Assembly (NCBI RefSeq): GCF_001194135.2
Contig: NC_068984.1
Coordinates: 3,358,382-3,422,381 of the forward strand
Direction: 5' to 3'
Length of the DNA stretch: 64,000 nt
Source of the DNA: Octopus bimaculoides
Lineage: Eukaryota
Shown in pieces: positions 38,461 through 51,328 of this stretch (the first letter of the stretch is position 1; every line of letters starts with the position of its first letter). Made by a program: the position numbers and the translations under genes. The notes beneath the pieces were generated by a model that was given only the letters and a program-made list of their open reading frames with translations, did no database searches and was not told where the DNA came from.

Positions 38461-38815
38461 AGTTTCAGTACACGAGCTGTGGTCAAGCTGGTGCACCGCG
38501 ATTCGGATGCTTTTTAAGAACTGACATCTTGTGCATGAGAGAGTTTGATGCCGCTGTCCTCATCGGCACCTCCTGCCGTGAAATTGGTTAATCTGGGACA
38601 CTTGACAGTAAGAGGTCCAGCTTTATTTCGAAGACACTTACATCCACCCATGCAGGTTTCTCAGGCCCTTCGGGAGGATATTGAAGAGCTGTGGTCCTCT
38701 GAAGCCCAGGCTATTACAGTACCCTGTCCTATATCTTGATGGCAAATTTGGAGTCCTTGGCACTATGCAGTGGCGCCCAGTTCTAGTATTTGTGTAACTT
38801 TCGATGCCAAAGTTT
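38461..38815 (-). mobile_element. 3' end of a related CR1-group LINE, tail-to-tail with copy A
   Basis: Minus strand gives LVPNFGIESYTN.RTGRHC...YCNSLGFRGPQLFNILP and the same terminal hairpins. Confidence 0.88.
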
Positions 38816-38879
38816 GGGACAAGTATATACATATATAAATAAATAAATAAATAAATATATATATATATATATATATTCT

Positions 38880-41800
38880 TTTATTTATTTTTCCATATTC
38901 AAGTTGAATCCTTTTCAAGAGTTTGCATAACTTTACTCTCTCTTCTCCATCACACCGTCATTTTCCCTTTCTCTCTTTCTTTCTCTATTGCCTCTCTCTA
39001 AATATGTAGACACTCTCCCTCTTCTCTTCCTCTCTTTCTCTGTCTCTTTACTTCACTCCATCATCCCATACTTCTTCTCTCAGACCCTGAATCTCTCTTC
39101 CCCTCTTTTCTCTTTTCTCTCTCTCTATTTCCTCTCTCTATATATAGACACAAACACTCTCTCTCTCTCTCTTCCTCTCTTCTATCAGCCACTCAATCTC
39201 TCTAAATATATAGACACACATTCTTTCTTTATTTCTTCACTACCCTCCATCACACCGTTAAATTTTTAAAAATAAATAGATAAATAAATAAATAAAATAT
39301 CCATAAAAATGTCCAGAAACTGGAGAAGCTTGGAATGAATTGGCATTGTTTTTGAGAGCCTGGCGCAATGCTGAACGAGATAACCGAAGCAATATAATCA
39401 CAGCTGCGCTGAAGAGCAATGGTTACACCAGAGGTTTAGCACAGATAGAACGAAATAAGCAGGAGTTTAAACGCTCCTACGCTCTCATACGACCCAACAT
39501 CAGAACTCTTGATGCCATCTTTGATAATGAACACAGCAAGGATGACAAGGATAGAGGCACGGATGTAAATGAAAGATGTCACCCTCACTTGGTAGACACT
39601 CAAGAAAACAAAGAAGATTCAAGCGAGAAACTTGCCCGGAAAGTAAACCCAAGTGCAAGTGCCCTTACCACCACCAAAGCAAAACACCGTGGAGGTGAAA
39701 GGACTAAAAAGAGCAAAATCTAAAACAAACAAAAAATGAAACAGTCAAAGAAAGAATCAAACCTGATTACCCATATAACAAAAAGGATACAAAAGAGACA
39801 GCACACACGAATGTGCAAATTCTACATGAAAGGTGTCTGCTAGCATGGAGGGGTGTGCAAGCTGCCGTTTTGCACACCAAAGACCCCGCCACACAAACAT
39901 GAAACAGGGCGGAAACCACCTGCCAAAAGGAACGAACTACGCACCACCTGCCCCAAAACGGAGGTACGCAGATGTAGTGCATGCTACAAACCAGTCTTAT
40001 CAACATGTTGGTGAAAGGACAGCTGCTAAACAACAATTTTTTTTATGCATGGCACAAAAGATTTCACAGCAGCTGACCTGGCTACATCAATCTCACAGAT
40101 GGGACTATCCCCAATACACAAGACCACCACAGCAAATAGACTCAAGGTGGGCACCACTCGCAACAACACAGACATCACATCGATGCTCTTACTGAACATC
40201 AGAGGACTGTTAACACTTAGTAACAGGACAAAAATTCCTTTCCTGAGAGACCTTGTTACATGCAATCAAGCCTTATGCATAGCACTTACGGAAACGCACT
40301 GATATAGCAAATGCAGAAATACACATACCACAGTATGTTGTATTACGGACCGACAGGAAATAAAGGAGTCATGGTGGAGTTGCTATGTACATCCGCGAAG
40401 ACCTCACACCTCAGGTCCTTTTGTCACACTCAAATTCAGTATGTGACACACTAATTGTACATATAAGACAACTCGATGTAGTTATATGTGCTACATATTG
40501 CCCTCCCGATGCTCCAAATTATGTAGGCAAGTTTGAAGACTGCCTTACAAAAATAGAAGTTCTAGTTACATTAGAACAACACATAACTGTACTTCTAATG
40601 AAAGACTTCAACCTGTTCAGTGTCATATGGCCTGAGGGCCTTTCTCTCCCAGGAATGGCACGATGCAAACAAGGAAAGGTGAAGTCCCTCCTGAACCTCA
40701 TCAACACTTTGTACATGGAACAAATAGTACTCCAACCAACCAGGGTAGGCAACATACTGGATCACATGGTAGAGCTGACCATGTACGGAACAAAGAAAAC
40801 CATGGACATGCAGCCTACAAGAAACTCTCAAAATCTCCCCGCTTGAACTTCCATAAAGCAAACTAGAAACAAATTGAGAAAGAGATCCTAAAAAAAAACT
40901 GGCCTAAATGTCTCTCCTCACCGGACATCGACATGAAACTTAAACAATTCATGTCTGTAATGCAAGCTATATGCTACAAATGTGTCCCAGAAAGAAAGGC
41001 CACTATACACAAGAACAAAATCCCCAGGGAGAGGAAAATTCTTATGAAACAGCGTACAAAAGTTTCAAATCACCTAAACAAACAAATTAAAAGCAGTGAA
41101 AAGTCCCGCCCGAAAATAAAACTACTGGAGATTGAAAAAAATTTTCAACTCTCCCATGAAAAAGAAAGAGCAGACAAAGAAACCTGGGCTATAGACAATA
41201 TAAAATCTAAGCCCAGAGGTTTCTACAAAATTTCCAAAGAAATAACTTCAGTGCACTGCAGGTTAGGGCCACTCCTCGATAAAGATGGTTCACTCACAAG
41301 AAACCCAATGAGGATAAGTGAAATACTAAATGAGCAATTCAAAAGTATTTTCACTCCACCCCTAGGGCACTTGCAAGACAGCAATCCAACTGACTTTTTT
41401 TTACCACTCCAGATATGAAAACAGAAGCAGTGATGATCGATTACATCAATATAAAGGAAGACGATAGAATAAGGGCTGTAGATGAAATGAACCCAAATTC
41501 AGCTACTGGCCCTGATGGATTCCCAGCAGTCCTTCTTAAAGCATGTAAGCGAGTTCTAGCAAGGCCACTGCAGTCCCTCTTTCAGAGCTTCTTTGCAACT
41601 GGCAAACTTCCAAGAAAACTGAAAGAGGGTATAATATGCCCTATTCATAAAGGAGGTAGCACAGCAGAGGCCAAAAACTACAGACCTATCTCTCTGACCT
41701 CGGACATCATTAAGTTCATGGAACGAATAGTCAGAAGAAAACTAAACACCTTCCTTGAAGAAAATGACTTGCTAACTGGCACCCAACATGGTTTCCGACC

Positions 41801-42325
41801 AGGAAGAAGCTGCCTGACTCAGCTCTTACGGCACTATGACTGGGTGCTGAAACAGCTGCTCAACCACTCAAATGTGGAAGTGATATACCTCGACTTTGCA
41901 AAGGCCTTTCATAAGGTTGATCATGGAATGATATGTCATAAACTGCGTGATCTCAGCATAGTTGGAAAATTGGGAGAATGGCTTCATGACTTTCTGAAGG
42001 ATAGAAGTCAAGCGGTAGTAGCCAATGGGGCCACATCCAATGACACGCAAATAGTGAGCGGTGTTCTGCAAGGCACTGTTTTGGGACCACTACTGTTCAT
42101 AATGGCCCTCTCAGCCACACAGAGAGCCATGATCACAAGTTAAGTAAATAATACAAAAGTCTCACAAGTAATACAGAACCCTGAAGACACTATGCACCTG
42201 CAATGTGAGCTGGATGAAATATACAAGTGGGCTGAAAAGAATAGCATGCAGTTTAATGCTGAAAAGTTTCAAGCCTTCTGCTATCAGCATGCAAGACTAA
42301 ATGCAATACCCATTAGATACACTGA
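38880..42325 (+). mobile_element. CR1-group LINE copy B (divergent subfamily, 3' end missing)
   Basis: CT-rich 5' UTR; ORF1 with homologous N-terminal domain and CCCH finger; APE; RT with stops; YADD position reads *VNN. Confidence 0.9.
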
Positions 42326-42641
42326 TGAAGTCGTAGATAATCAGGGAAAGCACATTGATGATTAAATTTCAATTAAATATAACATTTAATCACTTGTTTT
42401 CTTTATTCAAAATTCCGACAAAACTTATGGGATGACCTGATATATATATATATATATATATATAAACATAAATGTTAAAAAAATAAATATATAGAAANNN
42501 NNNNNNNNNNNNNNNNNNNNNNNNNNNNNNNNNNNNNNNNNNNNNNNNNNNNNNNNNNNNNNNNNNNNNNNNNNNNNNNNNNNNNNNNNNNNNNNNNNNN
42601 NNNNNNNNNNNNNNNNNNNNNNNNNNNNNNNNNNNNNNNNN

Positions 42642-43000
42642 GGAACAGTGCGTAATCAAAAACATCAAACAGAACCCAAAATTGTTTTATTCTTATGCAA
42701 ATAAGAATAGAACCGCTGTCTCACCCATTGGGCCATTGATCGATGATAACGACATTCCCTGACACGATGCTAAAGAAATAGCAGAAATACTGCAGAAACA
42801 ATACTGCTCTGTCTTTAGTGATCCCACTGATATCGACGTAAGGGAGGCGAACGAAGTTGATTCCCAGCATAAAATCTCGGACATAACCTTCACTGCTTCA
42901 GACATCATAGCAGCAATAAATGAGGTCAAATACTATTCTGTTGTCGGCCCTGATAGATTTCCCTGCAAGTCTCCTGAAGGAATGTAGACACCAACTTAAA
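42642..43000 (+). mobile_element. CR1-group LINE internal fragment C (APE-RT linker)
   Basis: NIKQNPKLFYSYAN...IGPL...AEILQKQYCSVFS...GPDRFP. Confidence 0.75.
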
Positions 43001-43389
43001 AAGGATTTAGATAATCCCATCAGGTGGTGCTACTAAGTTAAACATAGCCTGGGCCAATCTTTGGTCGAAACATATCTAATTTTTATTTAAGTTTATATAT
43101 ATAGTTACATATGTATGTGTGTATATAATTATATGATTATATATATAATTATATACATATAATTATATATATATATATATATATAATATAATTATATATT
43201 TACTTCCGGTTTCGGTGAGGAAGGACGTGCTCTTTCATTCTCCTGAATCAACCAACAGAGATTGCCTAAATCAATGAAAAACCTGCTAAAACTGACAAAA
43301 TCTTACTTCTACTATGATATATCGTTAAAAAAAGAAACGTTATATACTACACGAAAAGTTTAATATTATACATTAGAATCAGTGACGCA

Positions 43390-46300
43390 AGCTATAGTTA
43401 TCACCGAAGAAACCACGTGGTAATATACTGTCCTTCGATTGCCGCCACATGTAAGAAGAAAAACGTATTTTGGAAGAAAACTTCTTCATACAAAAACATG
43501 GATTGGAATTTTACCTCTTACGAATAAGTATCCTTCTCATTTGTTTATTTTCTTTTATCTTTGGTAAAACCGGATGAAAATTTGAGTTAATTGCTAGTGT
43601 TTGTTTTGTTTACTTTCTAAAAAAACTCACAGTGACATATATATAATCTCTACTCTTCTTATTGCGACCTCTTCGTTTTCATTGTATTCAAAAAAGAGAA
43701 ATCATTATGAAACCCCTTTCTTTCACTATCGTTTCTTTTTTCTCTCTGTCTCTTTAGAATTATAAAAATTCTGTTTTTCGTTTTCCTACACATCTTCGTA
43801 ACCTACTCCCACTCTCTCTTTCATACCTACCTCTTCCTCTCTCTTTACACCTACCTCTCTCCCTCTCTCTCTCTCTTCCATATCTCCCTTTCTCTCACAT
43901 CCCTTCCATATCTACCTTTCTCTCACATCCCTTCATCCTTTCCTGTTCTCCCTCCCACTGTCTCTATTTTTCTTCCCATCATCTTCCTCCTACTGTCTCT
44001 ACTCTCTTCTCCTCCTCTCTTTCATTCTGTCTCTCTTTCTCTTCCCCTCCTCTCCCTCATTCGGTCTCTCTTTCTCTCCCTTCCTCACCCTCCTCTGTCT
44101 CTCTAACACCCCACACACCCTCCCTCTTTCCTCATATCACCCTTTGTCTTTCCTTAATACCACCTCACTCTGTCGTTCATATCTCCCTCTCTCTTTTCCT
44201 ATTCCCCCTCTGTATTTCTTTTCTACCTCCCTCAATCTTTCACTTTCTCTCTATCCTCTACTCCCCCTCTGGTTTTAAAAAAACGAAGATGGCACCAAAG
44301 TGGGAGAAGAAAGAATTGAATCTTATGTTGCGATCATGGACGATTGCTAATGGCGATCCGCCAAACAACATCACTGATGCGCTGAAAAACAATGGCTTTT
44401 GTAGAACCATTGATCAGATAGAACGGAAGAAGAATGAATTCATCCGATCCTATATGCTTATCAGACCATACATTGACACCCAGGATGTCATAATGGAAAA
44501 TTATGGCAAGGCTGATAACGATAGAGAAAAGGAGACACAACCCAGAAGTCTCTTTGATCCAGTGGTTCCTCAAAAGAATAGATCCCCCATCTCTGTGAAC
44601 GACCAGGCAGAAAAAGATAGGGGAGCCAAGGAAGCTGCAACTAGAAGCCCCTCAATGCCAGTGGTCCTACAAAGGAACGGAGCCCCTACCCCATTGGACA
44701 ACCAGCGGAAAAAAGTTCCCACCACAAGGGAAAGAAGGTCGGGACACAAACACAAACAAGGAAGGAAGAAAAGGGAAAAGGCAAAACTGAAACAACCAAA
44801 GCCGAAACCCCAACCCACCAAACAAAAAACAGAAAACCACATGGAGGATCCAATGCAATCCAAAACCCTAGAGACGAAATTTGGAAGGCACTCAAGAACC
44901 TGCAGATTTTACCTGCAAGGCAAATGTTGGCATGGGGAAGACGGCAAAAACTGCCGGTTTGCCCACCCGACACCCCGCCAATACTACAGGGGCCTTAAGG
45001 AGAAAAACTTCTCTGAGGAAAGACAACAAATGTCTCCAAAGAAAAAAATATAGAAAAGAAGTGCGCTCTTCAGAGGTTATGCGCAAAGCAGCAGCTGAGC
45101 AAGAGGCTTTTTTTACATGGCGCAAAAGACTGTGCAACAGCTAACCTAGCTACACCAAGCGCAAACAAGGAACCTTGCCCACCACTGCGCAAGACCACCA
45201 CAGTCAATAGACACGGGATGGCCTTCCCTAACGCCTGCACAGTCATCACGCCAATATCTTTACTAAATATTGGGGGCCTGTTGCATCATAATTAAAGCAA
45301 CATTTCTTTCATGAGAGAACTTGCTGCATGCAATCAAACCCTATGCATAGCACTCGTGGAAACTCACCTCAGCCCTGATATAGAGGATGCAGAAGTACAC
45401 GTACCAAAATATGTCATACTGCGAACAGACAGAAGGGAAACGAGCCATGGTGGAGTTGCTGTATACATCCGTGACGACTTCACACACCAGGTCTTACTGT
45501 CATACTCCAATTCGGTATGTGACACTCTAATTGTATACATAAGACAACATAATATAGTCATATGCAATACATATTGCCCACCGGATGCTTCAAACCACAT
45601 AGACAAGTTTGAAATTTGCCTCACAAGAATTAAAGAAATCCTCATGTGCATATTTCTTATGGGTGATTTCAACTTCCCCAACGTCAACTGGCTCGAAGGT
45701 CTCATGCTTTCAGGAATTACTCATTGCAAGCAAAAATTGGTGGAGTCCCTGCTCAACCTCACCAATGCCCCTATTCATGGAGCAAGCTGTACTCAGACCA
45801 ATTAGGGCGATTGAAATATTGGGATCTCTGCTTCACGAACAATATGGACATCATTCATGATGTGAAAGTGACACCGACATTAGTCTCGGATCACAACATA
45901 ATAGAGCTGTCTATGTTTGGGCCGAAAGTTGCCAGAGACATACAACCTAAAGGAAGCACCCGAAATCTCTCCAATCTGAACTTCCACGAAGCAGACTGGA
46001 AATCGATCCAGAAAGAGATCCTCAGAGAGGATTGGACAAAATGTCTCTCCACACCAGACATTGATATGAAACTAGAATGTTTCTTGTCTATTGTGCAAGC
46101 CATATGCCAGAAATATGTCCCAGAGCACAAGGCTAAAACAAATAGGAACAAGATTCCAAGGGAGAGGAAGATCCTCATGCGACAACGAACGAAAGTTGCA
46201 AATCGACTCAACCAGCATCCCAAAAGTAGCAAACAACAACACTGAAGAAGATTGAAAAAAGCAGAGCAGATGCCAAAACCTGTAGGCCTATCTCTCTGAC

Positions 46301-47030
46301 TTCACACATCAACAAAATCATGGAACGGATAGTCAGAGAGGAACTAATTGCGTTCCTTGAAGAAGATTATTTGCTGAGTGATACCCAGAATGGCTTTCGA
46401 CCGGGTAGGAGCTGCCTGACCCAGTTCTCAACATTATGACTGGGTGTTGAGGCAGTTACTCAAGAAATCAAATGTGGACGTAATATAGCTTGATTTTGCA
46501 AAAGCTTTTGACAAAGTCGATCATGGTATGATATGCAACAAACTGCGTGAGCTTGGCATAGCTGGAAAATTCGGAGAGTGGTTACATGACTTTCTGAAAG
46601 ATAGAAGTCAGGCAGTAGTGGCTAATGGAGCCACCGCTATGAAAACACAAATAGGGAGCGGTGTTCCACAGAGTACTGTCTTGGGACCACTGCTTTTTAT
46701 AGTGGCCCTCTCAGATACGCTCTCAACGTCCCGGATAGCTACACTTGTTAGCTACGCAGACGATACGAAAGTCTCGCAGAAAATACAGAACCCCAGTGAT
46801 GTTGCACGTCTGCAGCAAGTGTTGGACTCAATTTACAGATGGGCTGAGGATAATAATATGCAGTTTAATGCTGAAAAATTCCAAGCCCTGCGTTACCAGC
46901 GTCCAAAACTGAATATGAAACTTACAGAGTACACTGGTCCGCAGGGAATTTCAATCCCAGAGCCTAAATCAGTGAGAGACCTGGGTTACTGCTCACAGCT
47001 ATGGTCACCCAACAGTGTAAAATTAACAGC
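43390..47030 (+). mobile_element. CR1-group LINE copy D (same subfamily as A; internal deletions, 3' end missing)
   Basis: High similarity to A. About 500 bp deleted at 46260 and about 155 bp at 46985; YADD intact. Confidence 0.92.
44289..45053 (+). CDS. LINE ORF1 protein (254-aa open frame) with CCCH zinc finger
   Basis: MAPKWEKKELNLMLRSW... open through CRFYLQGKCWHGEDGKNCRFAH (44901-44966). The true ORF1 probably continues past a frameshift, as in copy B. Confidence 0.75.
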   Translation: MAPKWEKKELNLMLRSWTIANGDPPNNITDALKNNGFCRTIDQIERKKNEFIRSYMLIRPYIDTQDVIMENYGKADNDREKETQPRSLFDPVVPQKNRSPISVNDQAEKDRGAKEAATRSPSMPVVLQRNGAPTPLDNQRKKVPTTRERRSGHKHKQGRKKREKAKLKQPKPKPQPTKQKTENHMEDPMQSKTLETKFGRHSRTCRFYLQGKCWHGEDGKNCRFAHPTPRQYYRGLKEKNFSEERQQMSPKKKI

Positions 47031-47100
47031 TAAAGATTTAGTAACAAATCCATCTCCCTTTAATTAATATTATATGTGTGTGTATGTGTGTGTGTATTTC

Positions 47101-47319
47101 AATTTTGGGGGATTAATCGATATGCGGGTATTCTATTTCAGATAATACAAAAAATAACCTAATGAGTATATCTGAAAGTAAAGTCATGGTATATGTTTGC
47201 ACATCACGAAATTATACTTAAAGGATATAACCATGAGTTTACTTTCAGATATACTCATTATGTTATTTTTTGTATTATCTGAAATAGAATATCCGCATAT
47301 CGATTAATCCCCCAAAATT
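47101..47319. mobile_element. Palindromic MITE-like hairpin
   Basis: ~95-bp arms (aattttgggggattaatcgatatgcgg...catggt) with about four differences and a ~30-nt loop. Confidence 0.85.
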
Positions 47320-47471
47320 AAATTAATATTGACTTTTGTCAGATACTTTGTATATTTATAGATAAATATATAAATATATGATAAAATAAGACCCCAAAGT
47401 ACGATATGTAGATACATATAATGCTGTTGGGTTGATTTGGAAATTTGTCTTCCTAAATTATTTAGATTAAT

Positions 47472-47532
<61 letters not shown>

Positions 47533-47648
47533 NNNNNNNNNNNNNNNNNNNNNNNNNNNNNNNNNNNNNNNNNNNNNNNNNNNNNNNNNNNNNNNNNNNN
47601 NNNNNNNNNNNNNNNNNNNNNNNNNNNNNNNNNNNNNNNNNNNNNNNN

Positions 47649-47693
<45 letters not shown>

Positions 47694-48147
47694 GTGTGTG
47701 TATATAATATACATACATGTGTATATATATAGATATATACATATATCTATACACATATGTATGTATATACATAATGTAGGTGTATCTAGATTTAGTTATC
47801 AGAATAAATATGTTACCTACAGAGAGTGAGACAGAAATGCAGATCAACACGCAGTGCACCTGTTCTAAGAACATATGTTAGAAGTCTTTGAGGTGAAAAC
47901 ACCTGAAAGAAGAGGGAAAGAGCAATAAATGTTATTATGGTTGTATTAAAGAGAAGCAAATATTATTGAATTACCGTTGTGTGTTTTACATGTGGTTTAT
48001 TGATCTGTATAGATCATTTATTGATCATTAAATTCACCACGTCATGAGTCTTGATCGGTAGCTTTGTAACCAAGACAATAAACAAAAGTTGGAGAATAAT
48101 GAAGGCGGTAGTTGCTGGTGTAGTCAGGTATTTTAGTTTTAGATAGG

Positions 48148-48220
<73 letters not shown>

Positions 48221-48414
48221 GAGTGAAAGAGAGACCAGACGAGAGAAAATAGTAAGCTAAATGGATCAGAACACTTTAAAGTATAGTAATTGTGTGTGTG
48301 TTTAGAAGTTAGAAGTCATAGAAAAATGTCTTTCAGTCTTTAGAGCATAATGACAATAAACAACGGTGTTGAGTATGAACGTTATAATAATAATAATTAT
48401 TATTATTATTAGGA

Positions 48415-49335
48415 CTGTGCTATAAGACTCCCACTTCAGGAACGAACAGGTATTTATCTAGTACAAAGGACTGGATGCTGCGACTTCAGTGCGAACATGA
48501 AAGCAGCAAAAAGTCACATTCTGTTGTCAAGGAAGCTAGAAAATTCGCGAGGGAAATTGGCATCAAACCCCGAATTAGATGAAGATCCTGAAATATCTGC
48601 TATAAAGCAAGCCAAACGAGTCAAGTAGACTGCAAAAAAGAACGAGCAGAAACAAAGTGAGAAGCGGTGAAGCAAGAAGCCCCTGCATGGACAATATATT
48701 CTCCGAAGCCAAAATGCTGATGTAGACCAAGCAACAACCCATCAGTGGCTGAAGAGTTCAGGACTGAAAGCAGAGACTGCAGGCTTCATACTTGATCACA
48801 AGATCAAAGCTTACTTACTAGAAAGTACGAGGTTAATGTTCTCCAAAACGGTACTGACCCTAAATGCAGATTCTATGATACATTCGACAAAACAGTGGAT
48901 TATCTCGTTTCCGGATGTCTTGTGATGACACCAAACGAATATAAAAATCGCCACGATTGGGTAGGACAGTATTACATTGGAAAATATGTAAACACTACAC
49001 AATCGGTAGCACTGCTTACTGGTATGAGCATCATCCTGAGCCCGTGGTTGAAGGTAAAATGTCACCATCCTCTGGGATTTTCCAGTCAATACTGACAGAA
49101 CTCTCCAAGCTAATCGAGCAGTCATAATTATTAAGGACAGAGAAAAAAATACTTGCAGAATAATGTATGTGAGTGTTCTCACTGATGAAATTATATCTGT
49201 AAAGGAATTTGACAAACTTATTGAATTATTAGGGCATGGAATTGAAATACAGCGGAATCTTAAATGAAAAATTATTCCTGTTATTGTAGGTGCCCTGGGT
49301 ATAAAAGAAAAGGAATGCCAGAAAAATATTGTAAG
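48415..49335 (+). mobile_element. R4/Dong-like 3' half
   Basis: KPLHGQY...THQWLKSSGLKAET.GFI...PKCRF...LVSGC...EYKNRHD.VG...ILWDF.V.TDRTL.ANR...IPVIVGALG; starts after (ATT)n. Confidence 0.85.
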
Positions 49336-49530
49336 TACTGGTGACATCCTTAGGAAACCTTATCAATTTAAATGTTTGTGTTGTATTATATGGAGGTATT
49401 TCTCTGGTGCCTGCGTCACTTCCTCTCGCCAAATTTTCAGTTATATTTCAACTTCTCTTGACCTTCAGTTGCCTTAAGTCGCTGAATGTGTCCCGACAAG
49501 TGATTGCATCAAACATGCAGATTAAAAGTA

Positions 49531-49565
<35 letters not shown>

Positions 49566-49574
49566 TAATAATAA

Positions 49575-49755
49575 TAACAACAACAATAACATACAGAAAG
49601 TAGCACTACTAGGTACCACACACATCCTACGTAAAACATCCTACGTAAAATACAGTGAAAATAAGAGTACCACAGCAACCCACAACATATACCCAAGGCC
49701 CACAGAGCTGCGTTCGGTAGTGTAGTGAAAGCACATGAAAAAATATGACTACTCA
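49575..49755 (+). mobile_element. R4/Dong 3' terminal stub between TAA repeats
   Basis: IQKVALLGTTHILRK C-terminus plus 3' UTR; TAA repeats on both sides. Confidence 0.85.
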
Positions 49756-49767
49756 ATAATGATGATG

Positions 49768-49801
<34 letters not shown>

Positions 49802-49814
49802 TTATTATTATTAT

Positions 49815-50215
49815 TGAAAGCAGAGACAAAAAAAGGAAAAACGAAGGAACAAATACAAAAAGGACACGAAGAAGAATTACGCAAGAAGGGACTACACAAT
49901 CAATTCCATTTAGCCTCAACAGAAATTGCAGGAAAAAATAGGTGGGATTGGCTGATGAAAGGAACCCTGAAAAAAGATACCGAGAACACTATACTGGCAG
50001 CGCAAGACCAAGTATTGGCCACGAATTGGAGGGTCAACCTTAGGAATGAGCATATCACTAATGAATGCCCTCGACTTTCTCTGAACCACTACAAGTTGTG
50101 GTGACATGATCAGGTAGCGAACGTGGTACACTGGAAACTGTGCGAAAAGTCGGGACTAGAGAGAGGCAAGGTGTGGTATGAACACAAAGTGCAGAGAGTA
50201 GCGAAATCGGCGACT
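49815..50215 (+). mobile_element. R4/Dong-like fragment
   Basis: WDWLMKGTLKKDTENTILAAQDQVLATN...HDQVANVVHWKLCEKSGL...WYEH. Confidence 0.8.
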
Positions 50216-50330
50216 AGTATGTGGGGAACGTCCTCTCAAGGCACACTACTAGGGACATACCCAAGCAAGGTTTGGATACTACACTTTAAAGCCTTCAGCC
50301 TAAATTTTAATGCCTAAATATAACTATATA

Positions 50331-50471
50331 GGTGCAGGAGCAACTTTGTGGTAAGAACCTTGCTTCCCAACAACATGGTTCCGGGTTCAGTCCCACTGCA
50401 TGGCACCATGAGCAAGTGTCTTCTACTATAGCCTCATCCTGACCAAAGCCTTGTGAGTGGATTTGGTAGAC
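50331..50471 (+). mobile_element. SINE family 3 head (runs into gap)
   Basis: ggtgcaggag...ggttccgggttcagtccc...gcaagtgtcttctactatagcc. Confidence 0.85.
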
Positions 50472-51269
50472 NNNNNNNNNNNNNNNNNNNNNNNNNNNNN
50501 NNNNNNNNNNNNNNNNNNNNNNNNNNNNNNNNNNNNNNNNNNNNNNNNNNNNNNNNNNNNNNNNNNNNNNNNNNNNNNNNNNNNNNNNNNNNNNNNNNNN
50601 NNNNNNNNNNNNNNNNNNNNNNNNNNNNNNNNNNNNNNNNNNNNNNNNNNNNNNNNNNNNNNNNNNNNNNNNNNNNNNNNNNNNNNNNNNNNNNNNNNNN
50701 NNNNNNNNNNNNNNNNNNNNNNNNNNNNNNNNNNNNNNNNNNNNNNNNNNNNNNNNNNNNNNNNNNNNNNNNNNNNNNNNNNNNNNNNNNNNNNNNNNNN
50801 NNNNNNNNNNNNNNNNNNNNNNNNNNNNNNNNNNNNNNNNNNNNNNNNNNNNNNNNNNNNNNNNNNNNNNNNNNNNNNNNNNNNNNNNNNNNNNNNNNNN
50901 NNNNNNNNNNNNNNNNNNNNNNNNNNNNNNNNNNNNNNNNNNNNNNNNNNNNNNNNNNNNNNNNNNNNNNNNNNNNNNNNNNNNNNNNNNNNNNNNNNNN
51001 NNNNNNNNNNNNNNNNNNNNNNNNNNNNNNNNNNNNNNNNNNNNNNNNNNNNNNNNNNNNNNNNNNNNNNNNNNNNNNNNNNNNNNNNNNNNNNNNNNNN
51101 NNNNNNNNNNNNNNNNNNNNNNNNNNNNNNNNNNNNNNNNNNNNNNNNNNNNNNNNNNNNNNNNNNNNNNNNNNNNNNNNNNNNNNNNNNNNNNNNNNNN
51201 NNNNNNNNNNNNNNNNNNNNNNNNNNNNNNNNNNNNNNNNNNNNNNNNNNNNNNNNNNNNNNNNNNNNN

Positions 51270-51328
<59 letters not shown>

